Positions 30,344 through 40,787 are shown, numbered from the stretch's first letter. The stretch: DNA of 64,000 nucleotides from an uncultured Candidatus Saccharibacteria bacterium (GCA_964515375.1 CAZERF010000006.1:16133-80132); one strand, 5' to 3'. Made by a program: numbers and translations. The notes: generated by a model from the sequence alone, not told the origin.

Positions 30344-30904
30344 TCAGAGCGGATGTTCTTCTGTTATTTTCCTGTAATTCTCGTAGGTCTTGAACGCAAA
30401 AAGGAGCAACGCGGAAAGAATTCCGGACGGGGTGCGGAGCATTGAAAGGACCCTTGCCTCGTCACGAGCAAATGCCTCCCGCTCCCTGTTGGCGTTCCGA
30501 GTAAGCTCTATCGTCGCGTACTCATGCGGTGCGGGAACAAGATACTCCGCAATGCGAATGAGGTCTCCTCCGTCAAACCATGTCCCGCCGCACGATATAC
30601 ATTGATCGAGGATCACTTTCGAGTCCCCCGCATAGATAAAATGTTTTGTGACCTTCCCGTCGACAGGGCACACAACCCCGTCACCATAAGTGAGTTCAGA
30701 AGAAGATATATCGAGGCTCTTGTTTGCACGAAGGAGTGCTTCATAGTCTTTCACTTGTTCGGGGATATTCTCGGCAAATACTCGAGCGATCCGCTTCAAC
30801 TCCTCACCTTCGATCCACAACCCTCCACACGCGGGACACGACTCCACATGTCCCTCACGGAGCGCGATGCTCTTCATTGGGGTTGTATCGTTTGGGCAAT
30901 GCAT
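30344..30904 (-). CDS. Double zf-TFIIB zinc-ribbon protein
   Basis: CPND...CPACGGLWIEGEEL and CPVD...CISCGGTWFDGGDL. Confidence 0.8.
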   Translation of the reverse strand: MHCPNDTTPMKSIALREGHVESCPACGGLWIEGEELKRIARVFAENIPEQVKDYEALLRANKSLDISSSELTYGDGVVCPVDGKVTKHFIYAGDSKVILDQCISCGGTWFDGGDLIRIAEYLVPAPHEYATIELTRNANREREAFARDEARVLSMLRTPSGILSALLLFAFKTYENYRKITEEHPL

Positions 30905-30909
30905 AAGTT

Positions 30910-31092
30910 TTATTTCGTGGAATTATGACGATGCGCACGCTGACGTTCGCCGAGTTTTTTAATGCGACCCTCCGCAATTGCCGCCAAGGAGAGCACGCCG
31001 ATCGCGCTGTGCACCGCCTCCACCTCACGCTCCGAGAGCGGGTAATGTGCCATGATCTCCTTCAACACCACGATGCTTTCTTTGTCATCCAT
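30910..31092 (-). CDS. Small hypothetical protein (60 aa)
   Basis: Fills the gap in an apparent operon; helical, plausible composition. Confidence 0.55.
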   Translation of the reverse strand: MDDKESIVVLKEIMAHYPLSEREVEAVHSAIGVLSLAAIAEGRIKKLGERQRAHRHNSTK

Positions 31093-31105
31093 AGAAAAAG
31101 CGAGC

Positions 31106-32086
31106 TCAATCAAATATCTCCGCGAGATAGCCGTCAATGTCACGCTGATCCATATCATAGAAGTGGAGCCCTTTGTTGTGAAGCTCGGTCGCCAGCTTCA
31201 CACCAACAAAACGCCAGTGCCACGGCTCATAAATATAGTAGGAATTCTTTTCGGGGTATGAAAGAATGAATCCGTACTTGTACGCGTTTGCGTTCAACCA
31301 TCGAAACGCGGGGGTTTCCGCGAATGACTCGTCGAGCTTTCCTCCCATTCCGGAGGTGATAAAGTCGAGCGTCGTCCCGATCTGATGTTCGGAATAACCT
31401 TGATCCGCTGAAAAAGTATTGGCCGTCCCCGCGCCATAGGTCATGACGTGGTCGGACTTGAGCGCCTGCTGTGTCTCAAAAGAGCGATATGCCGAGTGAA
31501 CATAGAAGGTCACACCTTCTGACTTTGCCGCATCGAGCATTTCGAGCAGATAAGGATACGCGCGGGTCAAAAAGGCCTCGGACCTGATATTGCTATAGAG
31601 GTACGATTGCGGAATGGTCGTCAGGTGTTCGGGAGCATAGTTCTCGTTCAAGAAATACACCTTGGAATATTTCTTGAGAAGTTCAGGGTCGGTTGCGGAA
31701 AGTTTTTGGAGTGTGGTCACTGTGCCGGTAATGGAACCGATACTCTCCTCTACGCCACCCACTTTGTTCTCGACCGCACTCAACGTATTTTGTGCAAGCG
31801 CGACATCCTGCTTCGTAGTGGAAAGGTTCTCGGAGATTCCCCGCGTCTCCTGCGCAAGCAAGGCAATGTCTCGAGAAAGGACCTCGCGAGACATCACCAG
31901 TTCCGCCGAAGTTGACGCGAGTGTCGCATGGAGTGTCGTAAGACGCGTCTCGAGTTCGACCATGCGCAGATACGCATAGGTCGACACGCCCGCAAGAAGC
32001 GCGATCGAAAGTGTAAGCACGATCCACACCCACATCAAGTGGTGCGGCTCATGCGTGCGAGGTTGTACGATAAGTGGTTCCGGCAT
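31106..32086 (-). CDS. M15B (VanY/LdcB-like) carboxypeptidase on TM plus coiled-coil stalk
   Basis: SAYRS, SEHQIGTTLD, YEPWHWRFVG. Confidence 0.88.
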   Translation of the reverse strand: MPEPLIVQPRTHEPHHLMWVWIVLTLSIALLAGVSTYAYLRMVELETRLTTLHATLASTSAELVMSREVLSRDIALLAQETRGISENLSTTKQDVALAQNTLSAVENKVGGVEESIGSITGTVTTLQKLSATDPELLKKYSKVYFLNENYAPEHLTTIPQSYLYSNIRSEAFLTRAYPYLLEMLDAAKSEGVTFYVHSAYRSFETQQALKSDHVMTYGAGTANTFSADQGYSEHQIGTTLDFITSGMGGKLDESFAETPAFRWLNANAYKYGFILSYPEKNSYYIYEPWHWRFVGVKLATELHNKGLHFYDMDQRDIDGYLAEIFD

Positions 32087-32129
32087 ATGCTCTTCCTTCC
32101 CGATGAAGGTACCTCTATTATACCTCTGT

Positions 32130-33020
32130 TTAAGGGCGGTGATAATCAAGGAGCGCGCGGATACCCAAAAGATTGCGCCCCCACTCGATATCTTCGTGTG
32201 TTTTGAGCTCGACGGTGATCGCGGGAATACCGATCGACGCAAGCCACCCTTCGGCATCTCCGGTGATCGTATACGCGTCAAATGAATCAACCGCAGGATA
32301 CCCCGCCGCGCTTGCGTACGCGTTCATGATCGCGCGTGTTCCCGAAAGGATGCCCGCTTCACACTCGGATGCATAAACAGCATTGGACTGACTATGCCAG
32401 AAGACGACACTTGCGGGGCGCTCGCGGAGGACGAGATCGCGCAGCGCGGCGCTTTCCGGTTCCGAGAACGCCACAGTGCCCGCAGAGACCGTGCGACTGC
32501 GCCATGTACTTGTGGGTTGCCACTTGCATGCGAAATTGCGATTGAGGTCAACCTGATTCGCATTGAAGCGCCCGAGTGACTCGTCCACCCCTTCCGAAAT
32601 ATCAGCAGAGGTGAAGCGCCCCTCCTTCCCCACAACCTTATATACGCCATCGGGATTGAGCGAGGGAACGACAGTCACCGAGACCCCTAAGGGAAGTAGA
32701 GTCTTGTAGTTCGCATCGAGATGATCAATGAACGCATATGCGAGCAAGACACTATTCCACTCGTACCCACCATGGACCCCTCCAACGAACAAGAGTCTCG
32801 TTGTCCCTGTTCCATAGGTATAGGACTCGATCACACGACCCTCAACCGACCGTCCGATCACATCGCGGAGCGGAAAGGAGATCGCTGTTTCGGGAACTGG
32901 GGGTAACGGAGTCGGTTCCGGAATGTGCGCGCGCGGACGGAGCAGAAAATACGTTCCTCCCGCAAAAACGAGAAAAAGGAAAAGGAGCGCGACCGGCGCA
33001 AATGAACGCCACGACATCAT
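32130..33020 (-). CDS. M14 zinc carboxypeptidase (MpaA-like), predicted active
   Basis: HGGYE, DLNRNF, SEPES, FWHS, ITVEL. Confidence 0.85.
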   Translation of the reverse strand: MMSWRSFAPVALLFLFLVFAGGTYFLLRPRAHIPEPTPLPPVPETAISFPLRDVIGRSVEGRVIESYTYGTGTTRLLFVGGVHGGYEWNSVLLAYAFIDHLDANYKTLLPLGVSVTVVPSLNPDGVYKVVGKEGRFTSADISEGVDESLGRFNANQVDLNRNFACKWQPTSTWRSRTVSAGTVAFSEPESAALRDLVLRERPASVVFWHSQSNAVYASECEAGILSGTRAIMNAYASAAGYPAVDSFDAYTITGDAEGWLASIGIPAITVELKTHEDIEWGRNLLGIRALLDYHRP

Positions 33021-33952
33021 CGAGCGAGGTGCGCGATCGCCGCCATGACTCCCGCGCGATTCTTCTCCCACTCGGTATTGTCATGAGTGGTAAGGAGAAC
33101 GCTGATCGCAGGAACACCGATCGAGGCGAGCCAGTTGGTCATGTCGCCGGTGATCTCGTAGTGGTCATAAGTCTCAAAGGACGGATATTTGGACGCCTGC
33201 GCGTATGCCGCCAAAAGTGAGCGTGTCGCGGTAGACGCGGCTCCGTCACAGTATGACGCATAAACACCACCTCCGGCACTGAAGAGCGCGATCACTCCGG
33301 AGAGCGAGCGACCCTCGACGTATTCCTTGATCGCCCCACTTTCCGGTTCGGAAAAAGCGGCACTACCCCCACTTACGCGTTTTGACTGCCACATTCCTGT
33401 AGGCTTCCAATCACAAGCAAAATTACGATTGAGATCGACCTGGTTTGCGTTAAAACGTCCCGAGGCTTGCACTTCCTTTGAAGCAGATACATCCGCGGAT
33501 GTGAAGCGATCCTTGTTCCCGACAACTTTCGCAAGTCCGTCTGGATTCGCGACCGGAATGACCGTCACCTTCATGTTCGCGGGAATCACGTTCGGTTGCG
33601 CTTTCAAATGATCAATAAACTGGTACGCAAGGAGCACCGTCCCCCACTCATACCCTCCGTGCAATCCTCCGACAATCAAGAGTTCGCGTTCCCCTGTTCC
33701 AAAATGATACGCAACAAGCTCGCGCCCCTCGATCGAGGTGCCGAGCACAGTGCGGTCCTTGTTCTCGACCTTTGCGGGCGTGGACGTGGGATTCGCTGAC
33801 GAAGCGGGAGATGTTGGTGTTGATGTCGCTTGTGGAATCGGGTCTTCCGCGACATACACAGGATCAGGAGACTGACGAGTAAAGAAATAGACGCCGGCGC
33901 CGAGCAATATTGCGAGCACGACAACGCCGATGATGATTGCGGTGTTTTTCAT
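33017..33952 (-). CDS. M14 zinc carboxypeptidase paralog, predicted inactive
   Basis: HGGYE, DLNRNF, SEPES retained; ALFS replaces FWHS and ISVLL replaces ITVEL. Confidence 0.8.
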   Translation of the reverse strand: MKNTAIIIGVVVLAILLGAGVYFFTRQSPDPVYVAEDPIPQATSTPTSPASSANPTSTPAKVENKDRTVLGTSIEGRELVAYHFGTGERELLIVGGLHGGYEWGTVLLAYQFIDHLKAQPNVIPANMKVTVIPVANPDGLAKVVGNKDRFTSADVSASKEVQASGRFNANQVDLNRNFACDWKPTGMWQSKRVSGGSAAFSEPESGAIKEYVEGRSLSGVIALFSAGGGVYASYCDGAASTATRSLLAAYAQASKYPSFETYDHYEITGDMTNWLASIGVPAISVLLTTHDNTEWEKNRAGVMAAIAHLAR

Positions 33953-34121
33953 AGTTGGTCTATTATACCATGCAATAAAAAAACCTTGAGGAATGGGGAA
34001 AAATATGTTGCAAAATATGGTTCAAATGACACAAGCTCCACAAACATGCCCCACCGGAAATATGCAGTAGCACAAAAAAACCGCGAAATCATATCGCGGT
34101 TCTCGAATACACAAGACACGT

Positions 34122-34604
34122 TCAGTACTCTACTTTATCTATTTTTTCCATCCAAAGCCGAAAAGCTTTTCCCGCACCAGGAAGATCGATCCGATGAAAC
34201 GGGATCTTCCGCGAGCCGGAAGGCAAAGCGAGTTCTTTGTAAATGAAAGAGTCGTCAAAGCCGATCGCCGCCGCCTCGGGATGAGGGAGGGCGTAATAAA
34301 CACCCGAAAGACGCGCCCAGTAGCACGCCGCGAAGCACATCGGGCAAGGTTCGGCATTCGTATAAAGCACGCAATCATCAAGCTGAAAGTAATTGAGATG
34401 CGCGCACGCATCACGAATGGCGACGATCTCGCCATGCGCGGTCGGGTCATTTGAGGTCGTCACATGATTGCTCCCTCGTCCGACGATCACACCATCCTTC
34501 ACCACAACAGCACCGAACGGCCCTCCACCCGAGGCAACGGACTCCTCCGCCAAACGCACCGCTTCGGAGATAAAATATTCATGGGATGTCATAGGATTGC
34601 TCAT
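34122..34604 (-). CDS. guaD: Guanine/nucleoside deaminase
   Basis: GGPFGAVVV, DPTAHGE, EPCPMC, AAAIGFDD. Confidence 0.85.
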   Translation of the reverse strand: MSNPMTSHEYFISEAVRLAEESVASGGGPFGAVVVKDGVIVGRGSNHVTTSNDPTAHGEIVAIRDACAHLNYFQLDDCVLYTNAEPCPMCFAACYWARLSGVYYALPHPEAAAIGFDDSFIYKELALPSGSRKIPFHRIDLPGAGKAFRLWMEKIDKVEY

Positions 34605-34683
34605 AACATTACTCCTCACTCTCTTCAAAAAAGAAAAACCGGAATAAAACTACCATCTACCGAGAGTTTGCACAACACGAAAC

Positions 34684-35919
34684 TCAAAGAGAAGACGAAT
34701 CCTTCCTCTCTTTCATGACTATCTCGTAGAGGTCGATGAAACGGCGCATATCCTTCACCAGCACGGCGTTCGGATTGACGCGCAACACCATTCCGTCGAG
34801 ATACATGAGACTTCTGATGATCGGAAAGATCCCCTTCTCGAACTTCATTCCCGAATTGACTCCGAGTTTGATCGTCTGCATCATCTGTTTGGTCAGCGAC
34901 ACTTCACTTACCGTACTGTCGGTGTAGTCGGCATATAGCGTGATGAACTCCTTTGTGAATCGCTCAAATACCTCTCCTTCGATCCGCGTCTCGGCCATCT
35001 CGTTCAGGCGCTCCGCGCACGCGGGATAATCATAACGAGAAAGCGCTTCAAAGAATCGGAAGAGTCCTGTGCGGATCCGCAGACCCACCTCCCCCACAAA
35101 CGCCGTGTCGACAAAGTAAAAACGCTTCCCGTCGTAGAGGACATTCCCCGGATGGAGATCACCATGAAACTTTCCCGCAATGAACATATAGAAACCCTGG
35201 ATGGAAAAAAGTTTGAGGAGATCGTCGTACGTGAACTCATTGCGCGCGATCAGCTCGTCGACGCTCGGTGCGGCAATGAATTGGGAGACCATCACGCGCG
35301 CGTTGGTCATTGCGGGATAATGCGCGACGAACCCAAGATTGGAAAGGTCAAAGGTCTCCCCGTACGAGCGGGCGATCGCTTCAAGGAGCGCGGCTCCCGA
35401 CGCTTCGTTCCGCAAGTCGAGCTCGGCAAGTGTGTAGGTCTCAATATCGGAAAGGATACCGAGCGGGTCGCCCACGCGACGCAAGCGCGGAAAAAGCGCA
35501 AGGACGATCCCGAAGAAACGACGGAGCGATGCGACATCATGAGTGAAACGTTCCGCAAATCGCGACTTGATAAACTTCACGACGACTTCCTCTCCCGAGT
35601 TGAGTGTCGCACGATACACCTCCCCCACCGACGCGGTCGCGATAGGCACTTCGTCAAAGCGTGAGAACGAACGAAGGAACTCTTCCCCGCCCTGCTCCTC
35701 GATAAGCGCGCGAATATCCTCTCGCGCGACAGGGATATTGCTCCGATACAGTGTCGCCAAATGGTGACATTTCTCGGGGGGAAGAAAATCAAGTCGGAGC
35801 GCGTGGATCTGTCCGATCTTTACCGCCAACAACCCGAGCGACTGGATCTTGACCAGATCGGGAAGTCCCTTTTTGAAGTAGAGCTCGCGAATGAGCCAGA
35901 GTGACTGAAACGTGTTCAT
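34684..35919 (-). CDS. AarF/ABC1/UbiB atypical kinase
   Basis: VKIGQ, PIATASVGEVYRA, VVVK, ELDLRNEA, FHGDLHPGN. Confidence 0.88.
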   Translation of the reverse strand: MNTFQSLWLIRELYFKKGLPDLVKIQSLGLLAVKIGQIHALRLDFLPPEKCHHLATLYRSNIPVAREDIRALIEEQGGEEFLRSFSRFDEVPIATASVGEVYRATLNSGEEVVVKFIKSRFAERFTHDVASLRRFFGIVLALFPRLRRVGDPLGILSDIETYTLAELDLRNEASGAALLEAIARSYGETFDLSNLGFVAHYPAMTNARVMVSQFIAAPSVDELIARNEFTYDDLLKLFSIQGFYMFIAGKFHGDLHPGNVLYDGKRFYFVDTAFVGEVGLRIRTGLFRFFEALSRYDYPACAERLNEMAETRIEGEVFERFTKEFITLYADYTDSTVSEVSLTKQMMQTIKLGVNSGMKFEKGIFPIIRSLMYLDGMVLRVNPNAVLVKDMRRFIDLYEIVMKERKDSSSL

Positions 35920-37397
35920 GCGTGGTCGGAAGTGATGAGGTCCGCCGCGATGCGTCCCGACTCGAGGATCGTCGGAAGTCCACTCCCGGGATGCGTTCCG
36001 CCGCCGACGATGTAGAGGTGGTCGATATCATCGAACTTGTTGTGCGGGCGCAAATAGAGCATTTGACTCACCGTATGCGCGAGGTTGAATACCGCGCCGC
36101 GGTACACACGCAATTCATTCTGCCAATCATCCGGAGTAATGATACGTTCCACCTCAATATGCTCGCGGATATCTTTCATCTCCGTGCGCTCTTCGATCTT
36201 TTTGAGAACAAGGTCGCGATAGCGTTCCTTCTCAACGCTCCAATCAATGTTCGCTTCCTTGTTGGGCACGGGGACGAGCACATAGATCGTACTCTTCCCT
36301 TCCGGAGCAAGCGAAGGGTCCGTCGCGCAGGCGTTTTGTACATAAAATGCGGGATCCTGCGGCAAGACCTTTTCATCCGAGATCTCCGCCAAGTTCTTGC
36401 GATAATCGGACCCAAAGAAGATATTGTGATGCGGCATGTCATACTTCTTATCCACTCCAAGATAGAGCATGAAGGTCGAACATGAGTATCCTTTCTTCTC
36501 TAACTTCTTGTCGGTATACGAAGGTCGATCGACTTCCGGAACAAGTCGACGCATTCCGTCGGCAAAATCCGCATTCATGATCACCTCGTCGGCCATCACC
36601 TCCTCCCCGCTCGCAAGGATCACACCGATCGCCTTCTTGTCTTTCACGATGATCTTTTGCACTTCGGTCGAAAGCGAGATCTGCCCGCCTTCTTCTGTGA
36701 GCACTCGCGCCATTGCGACAGAGAGTTGATGTACTCCACCGCGATAATGCGCAACACCGAACGCATGTTCCATGAACGGCAAGATCGTGAATGTGCCGGG
36801 ACAATACCACGGAGACATGCCGAGATACTTCGCCTGAAACGCCATCGCCATCTTGAGATCCTCGCTCACGAAGTAGTCACCGAGTACGGACATCACCGAA
36901 CGGTGCGCCTGCAGATACGGCAACGCTCTCAAGATCTTTTTGTTGAAATAGCTCCACCATGTTTGATACGGTATGCGCAAACAATCGATCACCCGCTTGT
37001 GCTTCTTCTCGTGGAACGCGTACCACCGCTTGTACCCCTCCCACTCACCGGGAAAGACCCGCTCAAATTCTTTCTTGAGGGCGTCCTTGTCGTGATGCAC
37101 AAAAAAGTCTCGACCATCCGAATAGCGCAGACGATACATCGTTCTCAACTCCATGATGTCGAGCTCCTTGTGATAGTCTCTACCCGCTTGAGCAAAGACA
37201 TCGGCAAACACCTCCGGGAGCATCACGAACGTCGGACCGACATCAAACGTATATCCCTCCGCGCGGATCGGCGCATTGCGTCCGCCCACTTCGTTTTGGC
37301 GCTCAAAGACATGCACGTCGTATCCGCGATGCGCGAGGATCATGCCGGTGGACAATCCTCCGGGACCGGCGCCGACAATAATGACTTTTTTCTTCAT
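35916..37397 (-). CDS. crtI: Phytoene desaturase (CrtI/CrtN) family oxidoreductase
   Basis: GAGPGGL, GYTFDVGPT, VIMNAD, YIVGGGTHPGSGLP. Confidence 0.85.
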   Translation of the reverse strand: MKKKVIIVGAGPGGLSTGMILAHRGYDVHVFERQNEVGGRNAPIRAEGYTFDVGPTFVMLPEVFADVFAQAGRDYHKELDIMELRTMYRLRYSDGRDFFVHHDKDALKKEFERVFPGEWEGYKRWYAFHEKKHKRVIDCLRIPYQTWWSYFNKKILRALPYLQAHRSVMSVLGDYFVSEDLKMAMAFQAKYLGMSPWYCPGTFTILPFMEHAFGVAHYRGGVHQLSVAMARVLTEEGGQISLSTEVQKIIVKDKKAIGVILASGEEVMADEVIMNADFADGMRRLVPEVDRPSYTDKKLEKKGYSCSTFMLYLGVDKKYDMPHHNIFFGSDYRKNLAEISDEKVLPQDPAFYVQNACATDPSLAPEGKSTIYVLVPVPNKEANIDWSVEKERYRDLVLKKIEERTEMKDIREHIEVERIITPDDWQNELRVYRGAVFNLAHTVSQMLYLRPHNKFDDIDHLYIVGGGTHPGSGLPTILESGRIAADLITSDHA

Positions 37398-37487
37398 GAA
37401 CGTAACGTTAGGTGAATAGGCGGAGCGCCAGAGGGCACCCCTCATGTGCTCAATTATAACACTTTTTAGGATCGAGAACGACAGAAA

Positions 37488-38138
37488 CTATGTGGACCCT
37501 TCCTCGCGCCGATAGATCACGTACGAATAGACAAGGGTAACGAGCGAGACAAGGAGAATGGGGACAATAAGCACACAGATGGCATATGCGGGAGACACAA
37601 CCATGCCGAGAAGTGAAACGACTCCGGCGACCTTGAAAAGTTTTCCACCCAGCCGATGCGTCTTCTCCCAGACAATATCGCTCGAGAGTGTCCACGGAGT
37701 GCGAATGCCCATGAACCAATTGCGCCTGGAACGCTCCATGACTGCCCCGATGACAAAGAAGAGCGCCGCCATAGCGGGAATGATCGCAACCGTGAAATTG
37801 AAGCGGTAGCCGAGATTCCAAACGATCGTCAAAGAAAAGATGTATCCAAAGAAGACGAACATGAAGACCCAAAAGGCGTTGTACGCCGAGGCAAAGAGCG
37901 CAATGTTCTTTTTGAGCGGATCAATGCGCGGGATCACGAGATAAAGGAGATACATCCCAAGCATGAGAAACGGAACAAAAAAGACGCCCCAGAATTTCCC
38001 CATGGTCCCATCAACCTCCCCCGCCGCATTCCAATGCGACGCGACCCTCTCGGGAAACGACGGATACACCCACGCGCCCGCAATGAACATGGCGACCGTG
38101 ATCGCAATGATGGTGAAGTGTGCCGCGCGAGGAGACAT
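37488..38138 (-). CDS. SdpI / DUF1648 immunity-type membrane protein
   Basis: VASHWNAAGEVDG, NWFMGIRTPWTL, WEKTHRLGG. Confidence 0.9.
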   Translation of the reverse strand: MSPRAAHFTIIAITVAMFIAGAWVYPSFPERVASHWNAAGEVDGTMGKFWGVFFVPFLMLGMYLLYLVIPRIDPLKKNIALFASAYNAFWVFMFVFFGYIFSLTIVWNLGYRFNFTVAIIPAMAALFFVIGAVMERSRRNWFMGIRTPWTLSSDIVWEKTHRLGGKLFKVAGVVSLLGMVVSPAYAICVLIVPILLVSLVTLVYSYVIYRREEGST

Positions 38139-38225
38139 AGACATATTTTATCACATCACTTTTGTTGTGGCATAAAAAAAAAGACCCCCCCTGAGCGGTG
38201 GGGTCTTTCCTGTGCACGGTGACTC

Positions 38226-38354
38226 TCAATCCGTGCGCGTGTATTGCGAGAGGCCGAGAATATTGCCTTCGGAATCCTTGAACCATGCGAGGTATCCCAT
38301 TGCGCCATTCTCGCCAAGCGGCATCTTGCCGCGAACGACATTAACTCCGCGATC
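38226..38354 (-). pseudogene. C-terminal remnant of a VOC/glyoxalase gene
   Basis: DRGVNVVRGKMPLGENGAMGYLAWFKDSEGNILGLSQ*; in-frame TAG upstream, N-half absent; terminator follows. Confidence 0.65.
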
Positions 38355-38454
38355 ACCACAAACGCACGTTCCCGTACCCTACGGTTATACTATGGGAAAT
38401 TTCGCAACGTGTGATAGTCTACAATGAGACAATACCTTGACGATGGAGGGATAG

Positions 38455-38844
38455 ATGAAACCCCTGAAACGAGCAACGAGGTACATGAGTGTTAATCTCC
38501 TCATACTCCCACTCAATATTGGCATTGCGTGGATGCTAACAAAAGCGGGATTACACTATCTCTTTGCCACCGCGACAGGAGTAGGACTCCAACTTGTACT
38601 CACCTTCTTTATCAACCGACGCTGGACCTTTGATCGATCTGAGATTAAAGCAAAGAGCGGGCTACTCCGTACAACAATGGTCGAATTGGTCTCAATGACG
38701 AACATCCTTTTCATTACCGCGATCGGAGTAGAGTTGTTCAAACTTGAGTTCACGCTTGCGCGCATAAGCGCAATGACCATCGCCGGCATCCTCGGCTATG
38801 TACTCGATTCATTCTTTACATTTCGCACATCACCCTTTCGATAG
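38455..38844 (+). CDS. GtrA-family membrane protein
   Basis: Four TM helices; RY...HYLFAT...FFINRRWTF...FFTF. Confidence 0.8.
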   Translation: MKPLKRATRYMSVNLLILPLNIGIAWMLTKAGLHYLFATATGVGLQLVLTFFINRRWTFDRSEIKAKSGLLRTTMVELVSMTNILFITAIGVELFKLEFTLARISAMTIAGILGYVLDSFFTFRTSPFR

Positions 38845-38880
38845 CCCACATGGAAACATGTGGGTTTTTGTTATCCGTCA

Positions 38881-39543
38881 TTACTCTTTATTTTCTATCA
38901 AGCCGTCTTTCAGCCAGATCACACGATCCATGTACTTTCTATCTTCCGGCTCATGGGTGATCATGATGATGGTCTGATCGAGTTCTTTGTTCAACTTTTG
39001 AAAAAGGCGGTACACCACCTCCGAAGAGACCGTATCGAGGTTTGCGGTTGCTTCGTCGGCAAAGAGTATCTTCGGACTATTGATGAGGGCTCTCGCAATC
39101 GCAACGCGCTGCTGTTCACCGCCCGACATCTCTCCGGGGTAATGATGGAGTCTCTCTTCCAGTCCCACAAGTTTCAGAAGTTCTGCGGCGTGCTCTTTGT
39201 TGTCGGTTGATCCAAGTGCCATTCCAGGGAAATAGACATTCTCGAGTGCGGTAAATTCAGCGATAAGCGCATATTCCTGAAACACATATCCCAAATGCTT
39301 GAGACGAAACGAAGTACGCTCAGCATCAGAAAGCGCGAGAATATCAATACCATCAATAGAGACTGTGCCGGACGTTGGAATGTCCAAAAGCCCCAACTGG
39401 TGGAGCAATGTTGATTTGCCGGAACCACTTCTTCCCATAAGCGCAACAAACTCGCCCTTTTTGATCTCAAAGGAAACACCCTTCAGTGCGCGAGTAGGAA
39501 CCTCTCCGGGATACGTCTTTGTCAGATTATCTACTTTGATCAT
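38881..39543 (-). CDS. ABC ATP-binding subunit (MacB/LolD type)
   Basis: GRSGSGKST, MSGGEQQRVAIARAL, ADE, ITHE. Confidence 0.92.
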   Translation of the reverse strand: MIKVDNLTKTYPGEVPTRALKGVSFEIKKGEFVALMGRSGSGKSTLLHQLGLLDIPTSGTVSIDGIDILALSDAERTSFRLKHLGYVFQEYALIAEFTALENVYFPGMALGSTDNKEHAAELLKLVGLEERLHHYPGEMSGGEQQRVAIARALINSPKILFADEATANLDTVSSEVVYRLFQKLNKELDQTIIMITHEPEDRKYMDRVIWLKDGLIENKE

Positions 39544-39554
39544 GATGAATGTGT

Positions 39555-40787
39555 TTAACCCCAGATGGATTTTAAAATATTCTGTCTCGCCACCATCTTT
39601 GCAGGAATGAATCCCGCGAATATCGCCGAAAGAGTGAGACTTGCAATATTGAGGAAGATTTCAATGGGAGTATATACCAAACTTGCGTTTCCAAACGGCA
39701 TCGGAATCGGCCGAACATGCAAAAGAGGTACGACAAGGAAAAATACGATCATGAGCCCCAGGATTGTCCCCAAGGTGACATAAAAAAGAGACTGGAGAAC
39801 ATAAGACACCTCAATGATACGCTCTTTGATCCCGATCGCCTTCAAAATTCCGATCTGCCTGCGCTTGTTCACCGCATTCACATAAATCATCACAAAGATT
39901 GTGATCGCGGCAACAATAATACTGATGATTGTTACAATAATCGTAATGACATTGAACGCATCCACAAGAATACCCACCGTACTGAGGCGATTCGTATACT
40001 TCTCGATCTTTAGGTTTGGCGCGATCATCGCGATCTGCTCAACATAATCATCAAGCGTCACGCGATTAAGATCAGCGCGCACCATGATTTCCGATGCGTT
40101 ATCATAAACCGACAAGATAGATTCCGCCTCCTGTGCAGAAATAAATGCCGTACCTCCCACTGAACCGCCCATGCTGATTTTGAATATCCCCCTTACTGTG
40201 TAGCTTCGCGTGATACCGTTGGAATATGTCACCTGAACTTCATCCCCCACCACTGCACCACCAAGGTCTGATGTTTGCTTTGTTCCGAATCCCCCTGAGA
40301 GATTTGCCCCAAGGACGATCTCGTCATTCTTGAGCTCATCAGGAAATTCACCCGAAACAATGTTCTCATGGACGGTCAATATCTTCTTTTCCTCCGACTG
40401 AGTCACGCCGATCACCGGAGCAGAGACTCGTTTGAATTCACCCATCTTTTCCTTGTCATAGGCAAACGAGCCTCCCAACTGATAGTGCCGAGTCGTTCCA
40501 ATGATCCCCGGAATCGTCTCGATCTGCGCCCGAACTTTCCCTTGGTTCAAGATGAATTCCTTGACGGTCGGTTCCTCTTGCGGCATGACGATGATGTGCG
40601 CGGTCGAATTGTCTATCATGGACCGCATGATGCCGTCGGAAAAACCATTCAAAAATCCGGATACAAACATCAAATTAAAGAACGAGAGGGACAAGATGAA
40701 GATAGTGAAGACTGCCGTGGATTTATTGCCCCTCGTGATAGTTTTATATGCAACAAAGAATGCGGTCTTGAGATCAGTTCCGTTCAT
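39555..40787 (-). CDS. ABC permease (FtsX/MacB type)
   Basis: TM, large extracellular loop, three TM; KRRQIGILKAIG. Confidence 0.88.
   Translation of the reverse strand: MNGTDLKTAFFVAYKTITRGNKSTAVFTIFILSLSFFNLMFVSGFLNGFSDGIMRSMIDNSTAHIIVMPQEEPTVKEFILNQGKVRAQIETIPGIIGTTRHYQLGGSFAYDKEKMGEFKRVSAPVIGVTQSEEKKILTVHENIVSGEFPDELKNDEIVLGANLSGGFGTKQTSDLGGAVVGDEVQVTYSNGITRSYTVRGIFKISMGGSVGGTAFISAQEAESILSVYDNASEIMVRADLNRVTLDDYVEQIAMIAPNLKIEKYTNRLSTVGILVDAFNVITIIVTIISIIVAAITIFVMIYVNAVNKRRQIGILKAIGIKERIIEVSYVLQSLFYVTLGTILGLMIVFFLVVPLLHVRPIPMPFGNASLVYTPIEIFLNIASLTLSAIFAGFIPAKMVARQNILKSIWG

Noticed and set aside
38355-38454. att duplication of tRNA-Gln at the islet's left edge
   Set aside because: No copy of the tRNA-Gln 3' end found.
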